In this document: piece after piece, positions 1 to 11,291 of the stretch
Numbering within the stretch: the stretch's first letter is position 1
Layout of the letters: the number at the start of each line of letters is the position of its first letter
Assembly: GCA_900088475.1 (NCBI GenBank)
Contig: FLMG01003988.1
Span: 1 to 42,876 of the forward strand
DNA length: 42,876 bases
DNA from: Hyphochytrium catenoides
Taxonomy: Eukaryota > Protista > Hyphochytriomycota
Reading direction: 5' to 3'
Program-made: the position numbers and the translations under genes
The notes under the pieces: generated by a model
What the model was told of the DNA's origin: nothing
Database searches by the model: none
Seen by the model: only the letters and a program-made list of their open reading frames with translations

Positions 1-209
1 CAATTCGGGACAATGCTGCGAAAACCTGGGGGAAGGAGAAAGTGTAAGCGTCTTGTCCTCATGAGGGTGTGCGGTGGGAAATCGACAGACTTACAGCCAA
101 AAAGGCCCACGCGCCAGTACACATGACCGGGTTCCTTATAGCCATCGTAATAGTGGGGAAGCTGGACGTCTCCATACGACGTCCGGTTTCCAGGTCTCAT
201 CTCCACAAC
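1..209 (-). CDS. Partial exons of an uncharacterised gene running off the left edge (exon 209-95, intron 94-26, exon 25-1)
   Basis: Minus strand has CAG|GTTGTG...GGCT|GTAAGT...TTCTCCTTCCCCCAG|GT. The spliced frame reads VVEMRPGNRTSYGDVQLPHYYDGYKEPGHVYWRVGLFGCFRSIVPN without stops. Upstream exons not resolved; no family recognised. Confidence 0.45.
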
Positions 210-1568
210 CTGTGGTGATGCATACGGAGCAGCTGAGGCGAGGAGCGGCTCACTCTGCCCTCTGTTGTTGTCGGCTGTCGTCATTCTTCTTCCCCTCCCG
301 TGGCAAAGATCGCCCTATTTCCCTCTTTTATATAACGTCGAGCTTTCTTAGCCTTCTCTCAGTGACAAGAAAGGCAATGCAATGCAGAGACTTGGCGCTT
401 GAAGCCCCAAGCTTGGCGCTCCTGTTGTCCATGTGAAGCCGAGCTCGTCAATAATGCGATCTTCGATCTTCAACTTCAGCTTGCGGATCGTCCCTTTTAT
501 AATGCTGTGTGCCCCACCTGTGCGACAAGAGGAAAAGCAGTGGGGAATGGGGAAGCACAAGCATTCTGATATCGTTAAACTGATTCCTTCATGATTATCA
601 TTATAGTGTGATCTATCTTTGGGAATTTTTAGCGGTAATCCAGAACTGATGTTTGTTACGATTCTCGTTGTGTGATTCTTGGATAATCCATCATTCTCTT
701 GGAAGATGGGACCCACCCGTCCAGCGTGGGATTTGAGACGCGTGGCAGGTATTCTGATCGTTCTGCCCTTCTCTTCTCTTCCTCCTAGTTCGAACGGACC
801 CCACGTCGAGCCTTTCTGTCTACATGATGGGAACTCCTTGACTCTTGACTCACTTTCGCTGTTACTATGTTCTATCGTTTCCCGTCTCTGCAGCTCTCCG
901 TAAGTTGTTAGGGCTTGTGGTTCAGGAGAGCATCGAGTGTCATCAATGATCAGTACTGGTGCTGTCCCACCCACCCTCAGCTACACTCCCTGAACAGCAC
1001 CACACAGCGGCAGCACCAAACACAACCACAGTCCAACCGGTAATATCTCTAACCCAAAAAGACCCTTTATAATACCTTGAGATACAATAATATGTCCTCT
1101 GATCTCCTCCTGGAGTTCGGCATGGATACGTGTCAGCCTGCCAGCTTGCTTTCGTGGCGGAAAATAACACACCCAGCGCGTCAGTTCTGATGCGAATATT
1201 ATCTATGGCTTCCGTTGCCCAGTAAGGCCCTCACTATCATCCTCAAACATCATCCTTCCGCCCCAAGCTCTCTTACTACGCTTCACTCTAGTAGTAAATA
1301 ACGGTCATATTGATGTTGAAGGTTTCCGTATTACTATGTTAGATAGGTCCATAGGATCTTTTGCAGTAGAATAGAAAGAAAGGAAGCCTGAAGCGGCAGT
1401 CAAGCCCAGAACGGCTCTGCTCCTCCTGCTCTGTCTGGACGCTGGATCCCCAGCCAAGCTCAGCCGCAAACTCCGCTCCCGAGCAGGCCAAGGTCATTTG
1501 GAAAGTCTCCAGAAGCGCAGCACCGAGCTTGCTGCCGCACTTTCCTGTTAGAGAAGGGACAGTCAATC

Positions 1569-3625
1569 ATGCCAAGAGTTAACACCTGTTTAGCGGCGCT
1601 GCTGGTCGTCGGCGCGGCGCTCGTAGCATGCCCAGCGCAGGCTGAAGAGAGTGGCGCCAGCGGCCCCGTGGTCGGTATTGATCTTGGTACCACATACAGC
1701 TGCGTCGGCATCTACCAGAATGGCAAGGTGGACATCATTCTGAACGATCAGGGTAACCGTATCACTCCCTCCTATGTGGCTTGGGACAACAATGGCGAGC
1801 GTCTTATCGGTGATGCTGCCAAGAACCAGGCTACCATCAACCCTGAGAACACCGTTTTTGACGTCAAGCGCCTTATTGGCCGCCAGTGGGGCGATAAGTC
1901 CGTCCAGGCCGACAGGAAGCTCTTTCCCTTCAAGCTAGTCGAGAAGGATAACAAGCCTTACATCAGTGTGAACATCAAGGGCGAGCAGAAGACGTTTGCC
2001 CCTGAGGAGATCTCTGCTATGGTTCTGGGCAAGATGAAGCAGATTTCTGAGACCTACCTCGGCAAGGACGTCAAGGATGCTGTGGTCACCGTCCCTGCAT
2101 ACTTCAATGATGCTCAGCGCCAGGCTACCAAGGATGCTGGTGTCATTGCTGGCCTCAAGGTCCAACGTATCATCAACGAGCCTACTGCTGCTGCATTCGC
2201 CTACGGTCTGGACCGCCTGGACGTCGAGAAGAACATTCTTGTTTTTGACCTTGGAGGAGGAACATTTGATGTCACTCTCCTGACCATTGACCAGGGTGTC
2301 TTTGAGGTGCTTTCTACCAACGGAGATACCCATCTTGGTGGTGAGGACTTCGACCAGCGTGTGATGCAGTACTTCATCAAGATGCTCAAGAAGAAGCACA
2401 ACGTAGACATCTCTGGTGACAAGCGCGCTCTGCAGAAGCTGCGCCGCGAGGCTGAACGTGCTAAGAGAGCTCTGTCTAACAGCGCTCAGGTCCGCCTTGA
2501 GATTGAGTCTCTCGCTGAGGGCCACGACTTCAGCGAGACCCTTACTCGTGCTCGCTTTGAGGAACTCAACATGGATCTGTTCAAGAAGACTCTTGTCCCT
2601 GTAGGCAAGGTTCTCGCTGATGCTAAGCTGAAGAAGGAGGATGTAGATGAGATTGTACTTGTTGGTGGCTCCACTCGTATCCCTAAGGTCCAGCAGCTGC
2701 TTCAGGAGTACTTTAACGGCAAGGAGCTTCACCGCGGCATCAACCCAGATGAGGCTGTGGCATACGGTGCTGCGGTTCAGGGCGGCATCCTCAGTGGCAC
2801 CATCGACGACAAGCACTCCCAGGTTCTCCTTATTGATGTGGCTCCTCTGTCTCAGGGTATTGAGACCGTTGGTGGCGTTATGACCAAGATCATCAACAGA
2901 AACACCGCTATCCCCACCAAGAAGGCACAGACTTTCTCCACCTACCAGGACAACCAGCCTGCTGTGCTCATTCAGGTACTGTTGCCGTCTACTACTATTC
3001 TTTAGCTTGTCACCTGAGCGAAACGGCTCACATCTCTTTTCCTTGTTAGGTGTTCGAGGGTGAGCGTGCTATGACCAAGGACAACCACCTTCTAGGAAAG
3101 TTCGAGCTCACTGGTATCCCACCTGCTCCTCGCGGTGTCCCTCAGATTGAGGTGACGTTCGAGGTAGACGCCAATGGTATCCTTCAGGTGTCTGCTGAGG
3201 ACAAGGGCACGGGCAAGGCCCAGAAGATCACCATTACGGCTGACAAGGGAAGACTCTCCGAAGAAGAGATCCAGCGCATGGTTGACGAGGCAGAGCAGTA
3301 CAAAGAGCAGGATTCCAAGCTTAGAGAGAAAGTCACTGCAAGGAACGATCTTGAGGGTTACCTCTACCAGATGAAGAACCTCATTGAGGACGACGAGAAG
3401 GGCGTCGCAGATAAGATCAGCGAGAGTGACAAGGAGGCAGTAGAGGGCGCAGTCAAGGATGCCATTGAGTGGCTGGATGACAATCAGGAGGCAGATAGCG
3501 ATGACTATAAGTCCAAGAAGGAGGAAGTGGAGAAGATTGTCAAGCCAATCATCAGCAAGCTCTACGCAGGAGCCGGAGGCGCTGGAGGCGCTCCCGAAGA
3601 GGAGGATGAGCACGACGAGCTTTAG
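1569..3625 (+). CDS. BiP: ER luminal HSP70 chaperone BiP/GRP78, 660 aa; exons 1569-2975 and 3050-3625
   Basis: N-terminal signal peptide, HSP70 signatures [28 protein letters not shown] and [11 protein letters not shown], and a C-terminal HDEL-stop. The intron CAG|GTACTG...TTAG|GTG joins VLIQ|VFEGER in frame. Confidence 0.98.
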
Positions 3626-3945
3626 AGCGGCGGTGCTTTCTATTGATAGAGTTATCGTTCACATGGATAGTATATATCTCCCGCCCATAGTTAATCACCA
3701 GTAATACATAGGACCGCGGGCTCTCCCGCACGATCTCAAACCCCTGTGTCTCATAGCCTTTAGAGGTAGAACCTGCAGCTTCTTGGTAAGACCAGAACAG
3801 TTTTATCAAGCTTTGTCCCCTGGCGCAGGGGACAGAAGATCCAAGTTACTTGAGAGCTGGGCTTGCGTTATATCTACATAGTGCGTAAGAGTCCTAAGCC
3901 TACCATAGGCATCTCTCGCTCACTGTCCCTGGGCATGATTAAAGC

Positions 3946-6900
3946 CTAACGAAAGCTTCTGGCGCTGGATGCTGACGAAGTACCTCTTTGTGCACCTTTT
4001 CGAGCCCTCTTCTCTCCTGACCTCCCACCTCGGCCCCCTGAAACGCCGCCAAGGCCCCTCTTATTCCCCACGCCAGCCCCTGTCTTGTTGCCTCTGCCCG
4101 CTCCTCTGCCGTCCCGGTTCCACCCGTTGTCTCCTCCTTCTTCTTTATTGGTGCAGTCAGGGGCCATATGACCTGCCGTCGCGCGGGGTCGCAAAAAAGC
4201 AAAGTGTCAGGGTGAGTATGAGCGGTCAGACATAGGAAGATATGAAAGCAGGTCCTTGTGGAAGACGGTAAGACATAAGGACAGCAAAGTGAAGATGCAG
4301 TATTCATGCTAGCAAAGACATCGTTCCACCTGCGCCGACAGGACTAACCTTCCTCGCCGCAAGAGTAGCAAGTGATCCCTCTTCCTCCTCCTCTGCCTCC
4401 AACACCGCGGCCTCGGATCCCTGCGCGGCCCCTGTTGGCAGCAGCGCTTCTAACTGACTGCTGTCCTCCGCCGTCGTCGAAAGCGAAGTAACCGCACGGC
4501 TCACACTTATAGTAAATCTTGCCCTGCGTAGGTCCTGGCTTCCTCACCGTGAGCGGAGCCAGGTCAGCTCGGCAAGTCGGGCATTTCGAGGAGCCATTAC
4601 TACTCTCAGCGGGCCCTCCTCTCACACCGCTCGACGGCAAACGTCCCGGTGCACCATTGGCCCTCAGTGGCGGCGGAGGATTGCCTGTGGCAAGACGAGA
4701 GTTGCCTCTCCCAGCTTGGGCATTGCCTCTTCCCCCTTGCGCAGTGCCACCTGCTTGCTGGGTCTGTCTGCCACCACCGCCTCCTCCACGTGGCGCGGCG
4801 GCCATCAACTCCTTGAGGTCGTCGCTGCACTGAAAACAAGCTACAGTCCCAGACAAAGGAAACGACATTAGATGAAGTCGAAGTGAGGTTTAGAGGCAAA
4901 CAATCAGATTAAACAAAGCAAAGTGCCGAACGTCTCCTTCTTGGAAAGGCCCGGGCCATGCGAAACGTTGCACTTTATCGGTAACTACCTTCGAAGCTCT
5001 GTGGTATGTACGGCGGAACGCTCCCAGGCGTGAAGGTAAGTGATATCTTCTTCACCGCACCTCGGCCTGGAATAGGTGGCGAACATGCTAAGTATTCAAT
5101 TGACGAGAAAGCAAGCTCACCCATAAGAGTAGTACTAAGTGAGGTACTAAAGTTGGCCACTACGATGCAGAAGTAAATAGATTGGCAGAGGACAGTCTCT
5201 AAGACTATCTGGAGCACGCAGCACTAGGAATGCAGGGGGAGCTTGACTCCATCTGCCTACCTGAGCGTTCACACCGATCGCAGGTGGATTGCAGACACTC
5301 AACGGTGCGGGTGCCCTGAAGAAGAATGTAAGAACGTCTTGTGGGCCTCAACCTTGCAGCTTTACAGACACAGAAGACGAGAGGATGAAGCGATGCGTAG
5401 GTCGGGGAATCGAACAAAACACATCTACTGACCTCTGGAAGCCAATTGCTCGTTCTGCACTGCAAGAATGAAAATGGGAGAGCAAGAACAGTCTGTTAGC
5501 AGAGCAGACAAACACTTCCAGGAAACTAAGCTGAGGTGCACCTCCGAGCAGGGAGAAGAGCTCCGTCTGACAAAAGATAAAAACACTCTAAGGATAAGCG
5601 ATTAAGGGATTCACCTCTGGGTAGCCCTTGCATGAGATAAGCCACTTATCTGTCCGTGTCTTCTTCAGAACCATTTCTGCCCGACCACAGGCAATGCAGC
5701 GACCAAGAGGCGTTTCTGTCCTCCCTGAGGCCTGTGGGCAGTTCGCAGTGCATTGAAAGCAGCGGAAGCCGCCACCCATATCCTAAGAGATCATAAATGA
5801 GTCAAGCCAGGGGCTAAGGAGGAGTATCGTATGTGCTAAAAGCTGCAGGAGCTGACTTGGAAGGGAGCTAGTGCAGCGAAGTGCGTGACTTTGATAGATC
5901 CTAAGCCCCAGGGAGCATCATTGCGGTCAAGTAACAGGGAGTAACAGCTATGATACCCATATGAAGTTTTACCTGTTGCCCCGTCATGCCCTCCGGGGGA
6001 TGACTGTAGCACCACGTGCAGAAAGAGTAGCCAGACCCTTGGTAACCGTCTCCTTCACTTACTGACAACACTGAAAACGTGCAGAGAGGGCATTGCAGGT
6101 TATCCAACCGAGAGAGACGACCATTGCGGGGAACCGAAAGAGCTATGTTGCATGTGGAGCAGCGTAAGAACCGCCGAGTGTTCCCTCCGCCTTCGTGTGG
6201 AACACTTGACCTGAGATCGCAAGGACGGAAGAGCAAGAATACACCTATCTTTAGCTTCTCCAATGATTCTAGGGCGTCAGTTGCTGGAAAACGGCATAAC
6301 CACTCCGGACTGAATATTCTCCACCTTTCTACCAAGCCCATTGTTTCCTGCTCATGCTCTATCAAACTGCGGTTGAGTGAAGAAGATCTACGGTATTCAC
6401 CACTTGCACCTGAAAGTCACCCCTCTCTAGTCTTCCTAGCAGCAAGTCTTACATAAGATCTAACGGGCCTCGACATCGGCCGCAGGTTCCTAGGTTATTC
6501 CTCAGAAGGTTTCCCTCTACGACCTCCTGCTGGCCCGCTCCCTCATAATGTCTCAGAACTGAATCTTCTAGTAGCTGAGCTTGTGCCGCCACTCCTTCAA
6601 ATACTTCTCGCATCTGAACAATGGCAGTTGACGATGAGTCCGTGTGCGCATATCCCTCTCCTTCTTACCCTTTATCTGCTTCCCCACCAAATCTTGTTCT
6701 CTCTACAACCTCCCCACCTCACTTTCTTCTCTCCACTAGTTTGCTGTTCAGTGAAGGTGTTCATTCTCCTCACTCTTTGCTTGTGATCCCTCGCTATCTT
6801 TGCTCCCGCTTGCCCCTTCTTGAACCTCCATTATCCTCATGTGGGCCTCCTTCGTTGCTACCAGTCTTCTTACCTCGGTGACACATGAACGAAGAACCTC

Positions 6901-9900
6901 CTCCGGCTGCTTCAGTCCATCGACCACGCTCTTGCAGTCCCTCTCCATCTTAAGACGAGTATAGAGCAAGAAGACCACAAAGTGAGGCATTTGTTTAGCT
7001 CTGCCGTCAACAGTAGTACCGTACTTCGCTATAGTACTGAGGGTTAGTACGCTCCAGAAAAAAGAACTTCACCTTTGCTCGTTTCTCAGGTTGAGCCAAT
7101 GGAAAGCCCATTTCCTCGTAGGCATTCACAAGCGCTAGCCCGAGGGGCGTAGGTTCAAACTGCTGGCCACCATTAACTCGTTTGACGTATGCACGGACTT
7201 GAATCTTCTTGATGTGTTCTGCCATAGTAGCATCTGTGCCGATACCGTGACGGTCCATAAGACCGATCAAATCTGGCTCAGAAAGCAAAGGAGGGGCCTG
7301 CGTGCGACCATCCTAAGAATGGAGAGGCTAATAGTTAGCTAATAGGCCAAAATGCTTTGGATGAATGTGAAAGGAGTGAGGAAGAGCGCTCTAGATAGCT
7401 AAGGATGACACGAGGGATCGCTTGCCAGACACTCCTCACCATCATGAGTATAGAAGAAGGTTGAAATCTCTCTCCCTGTTGGTACTGAGGGATCGTCTTG
7501 CCAGTCCACTTCTCGTAGGTGTAAACCTCCAGGTAGTTACGCTCAAGAACAATCAGGCCTGATGTGGAAAACTCCTCGCCAGCAATATCAATGGTAATCT
7601 GTCGTGGACAAGTGCAAGAAGGAGGATAGGGTTGGTATACTCGGTCGCATATCCACAGATGGTATAGGAACCACCAGCGGATGCTGATAAAGAGCCTTCG
7701 CTAAATTGAGGAGTATGTCCAGGTTGGAATCAGCTTAGCTAAAGGGAATAGATGCGTTTAGGCATACTGGACCGATAAGGGCCATGTAGCTTGTAACGTA
7801 TAGAACGATAGAGAGAGCCCAGAGTCCCACCTTCGTCTGATGTCCCACTGCGTTCCTGCTGCAGCAGGCGAGAAAATGTCTCACGACAAGTTCGTAAACT
7901 TTGCGCTCATCGCCCTCGAGCTATCGAACGAAGCGCAAATAGAGATTAGTGCCATGCAAATAAGAGTTTTGGCACATTATAATCAACCGGCAATGTGAAG
8001 GCTAAGATCTCTGCCGCGAAGCCTGGCCAATAAATATGGGCTGCGTGGCAACAACAAACCGAGCCTCTCGGAGGTAGGTATTGACCCCGGCGCCGTACCG
8101 TGTTCAGTTCCACAGCCTTGGTCGGATGAATGGGAGGATGGGCATTATCATCATTCGGGCCGCGAGCCGGAATCTCGAACTTGCCACCATTTATAAGGCC
8201 CTGGGCATATTCCCCCCACTTCAAGAGTCGTTAGGTCGTGACAATAGATAGATAAGGGACATGGTAAATGTATATCAGTGAGGCAAGACTTACCATTGAA
8301 TGGTGATCAAACGCTGAGATAAGTCCTGGAAGGGCGAGCAAGGAGGAAGTCGTGAGGCAAAAGAAAGTACCATTCGGAAAATGAGACCGTAAGCTCGCTC
8401 ATTGAAGAAAACAGCCTTACCAGCCAGATCAGTCCCTTCCTTGAACACTTCTGTCTCAGTACGAGGATAACTCAACAATCCGCGGTTATACAGCTAGATA
8501 GGGGACGGCAGTTAGAACTCTATATGGGCGAGGAAGTAAGCGATTGAAGTACATAAAGAGGTGCAGCTTGTAACCTTGGGCAGCTTAACCTACATTCTCG
8601 GCTACCGCCATTGCTCTGTCAGCAGATAGTCTCAGCCACCGCGTTGCCCGCTTTTGGAACTCTACCGTTGCTAGAGGAAGCGGCTTTCGCCTCTTGGTCT
8701 CCCGGCTCTCTATCTAAGAACAAGAGACAGACAAGAGAATGAGGCCTTAGCAACGGGCTTCAAAAAACGGTAACTGTGGATCTTACATCTATCACCACAG
8801 CTTCACTATGGGCCAGCACTGCCTCATAGAGTACCAAGCATGCGAGCCGATTGAACAGACGATTCCGCCGCCAGCTGAACTCCGCCTCAAGCTCTGAAAC
8901 CAAGCCATAAAGGAGTACAGAGGGTCAGAAACGTAGTAAAGCGGATGCCCATCAGGTCTTGGACACTCAGATGTGAATAGAGATATGTCATAGGGTAAAG
9001 AGACTTAAGAGAGCACTGGCAATGCGACGATATTGCACAGACCAAGAATAGAGCACGGGACAAAGCAGAAATGACAAGCTAGCTAATTTTTGGACATTGA
9101 CCAGTTGTTGAAGGGAAGACGAAAAGGAGAACCACCTTCATCTGTTCCTCTGTCTCTGCGCTTATCTAAGACTCTAATGTACCAGAAGTCCTCCGGCACG
9201 AAGGATTGAATCCGGTTGTAGCGTTGCACGACAAAGCCCAAAGTGGGGAATTGGCAAGGACCGTAGGAGATCAGCTGTATGTGAAGAATCACACGCGTGG
9301 TAAGATTCTAGTATCCTCCACGACGGACCGAGGCTCTCCCACCCTACCTGGCCGAGGCCTGCAAACTTGGTCTGCAGTCGCATTGTCTGGAATCTAGTGA
9401 AAGCCGATCCGAAGCGCAAGTCCAGCTCTTGTCGCGCGTCCACAGCCTTTTGTTTGTGTGTGATGGTTTAGCAGTGCATGCGGCCGAGAGAAGTACGGAA
9501 GGCTTAGTCATAATGATTGCAATTCGGAGGCAGCGGCCGCTGGTTGCTAGTAGGATGGGTCTAGGGGCTGAAGTAACGGCACAAGCTATATCTCAAGCAG
9601 TCACAGAACAAAAGCAGAGCTCTCAAGAGCACGTACTCGCCGCTCGAGACGAGGGAGAATAAGTAAGGGGTAAAAAAAGGAACGGACCTTCGCCATCCTC
9701 TCATTCACTCTGTTCAGCGCATTTATAGCGGCAAAGATGTCTCTGGGAATTAGAGCTGAGAACTTCGCGCGATAGACATCTAGACGGCGGTTAGCTTGCA
9801 AACAGATGTCCCGCACTTCGACAGCAATATTTTCCCCTTCCCTGTCACAATCCAGCCATAGGATGAGCCACTGTTCAGGCGAAGCAAACAATACCGGACT

Positions 9901-10504
9901 TAGACAACTCCTCTGGGTGGACCACGACTATGATCGAGATGAAAAACAGTCTGACCTGTGCTTTCCTAGCTTCCTGTTTTAGCGTTCTTTCTATCTTCTT
10001 GGAGGTGTCATCGCTCTTGACACTCTTCACGACGGGCGCCGTGAAGAGGTCGCGTGGATGACAGGACGACCAACCCCTGCCAAAGCGAGCCATAGTCAGA
10101 ACCAATGGTGGAGAAGCAGTATAGGGTAGCTTATGACCTTAGCTATCCCTTAGACGCAGTCAAAATGATGATTTAGAAGAGGGAGGCAGCTTGCAGTATC
10201 AGTTCACTTACCGTAGAGTGGGATCGAAGTCCATCTCCATAAGATGTCCCGTCACGGACGTGAAGATCATGTTTACATCTTGACCCATGGCAGACACGGA
10301 GAACTCAAAGACGGCGTTGTAAGGACTGTGTCCATCCCGCTGGTGCAATCATGCGGAGAGCTGTGAGTTCCGAAGCACGGGAGGTAAGAAAGTAAGGTTC
10401 TCTGCCCTGCGTACGCTTACCCGTCGAGCTGAGTTTCTACTTAGGATGGCCGAGACTTCCTTAGCGACCGAGGGCTTCTCAGCCACATTCAGAGCGGTTA
10501 TCAT
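3946..10504 (-). CDS. TOP3A: DNA topoisomerase III alpha (type IA), ~1071 aa, 23 exons: 10504-10421, 10339-10212, 10076-9956, 9870-9688, 9446-9348, 9274-9136, 8893-8787, 8713-8594, 8493-8421, 8325-8294, 8218-8099, 7920-7831, 7598-7440, 7312-7073, 6948-6874, 6613-6453, 6210-5973, 5782-5615, 5459-5433, 5315-5261, 5066-4989, 4840-4349, 4172-3946
   Basis: [12 protein letters not shown] start, [18 protein letters not shown] (TOPRIM), [13 protein letters not shown], catalytic [16 protein letters not shown] and GIGTDAT. C-terminal Cys4 zinc ribbons, a GRF-type finger (CPTC...[17 protein letters not shown]), a CCHC knuckle (CYSCGEEG|HMAPDC) and an RGG tail. All 22 introns are GT-AG and exon lengths sum to 3216 nt in frame. 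Confidence 0.95.
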
Positions 10505-11291
10505 CGTATCATCCCAGGGTCATACGTCTTTATTCCCCGAAGTGGGTCTGAGAATAACTGCGGCAAGAGCTTCATTGAGAACTATAAGTTGGCCCATGTG
10601 AAATGGATGCTTGACTATCCATCTTGAGCCAAGCTTCCTATACTAGGTCGTAGCAGCCACCCTGTCATACGCTAGAACATGCTCCACCTGGATTCCACTT
10701 CCACCTCCCATGGAGGCAGCGGTACAGTCGCCACGCTCCTCGGCAAATTTTGAGTCAGCTAGGACAGTGGTTCTTCACTCCTACAGCCAGACCAACAACC
10801 CAGCGAAGCACTTACACCAGCCTCTTGACTGTGAAGCTTCCAGCACTTAATGATGCCGAGTTATAGAACATAGAACTCCTACTTGTACACAGTTCTCGAA
10901 TCAGAGCTTTCGGTCTTCAATAATGCGAAACCGCGAAAATGGAGACGAATTTGCCGCGATCCGGCAGCCGCTAACGTCCGATTTTGGGACATCGGCTGAT
11001 TGATGATGAAGAAAACCTCTTTCTCACTCTTTCTCACATCATTGGTAGCCTGCAGATCAGGCTTCGGGCCACACCTTGAAGATTCTGGCTTCCATCCTGC
11101 AGCTCAGACGGCCACATCCGGCCTCATGTTGCCAAGGATGAGATGGAAGCGTAAGCTCTCTTGGTCCTTACAGCAAGGACAGGTCCAACCTCAATGGCAG
11201 GCGCTAAGGCGTGATTATGGTCGGGCAAGGTGCTACTGGTGACGTGCTCAGTCTACGGCTTTGAATCCAAAGGCAAGGGATGGACCAGAGC
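10505..11291. promoter_or_regulatory. Divergent (head-to-head) intergenic region shared by TOP3A and RNPC3, with E2F-like motifs CCGCGAAA (10931-10938) and TTTGCCGC (10950-10957)
   Basis: 787 bp between the two start codons; two matches to TTTSSCGS in opposite orientation near the midpoint. Function not demonstrated. Confidence 0.35.

Noticed and set aside
1935-2816. 293-aa antisense ORF (and 3092-3613) overlapping BiP
   Set aside because: Long antisense ORFs are a known by-product of HSP70 codon bias; there is no independent coding signal.
3177-3185. GTATCCTTC, a U12-donor-like motif in BiP
   Set aside because: It lies within the conserved coding stretch ANGILQV; no intron is needed there.
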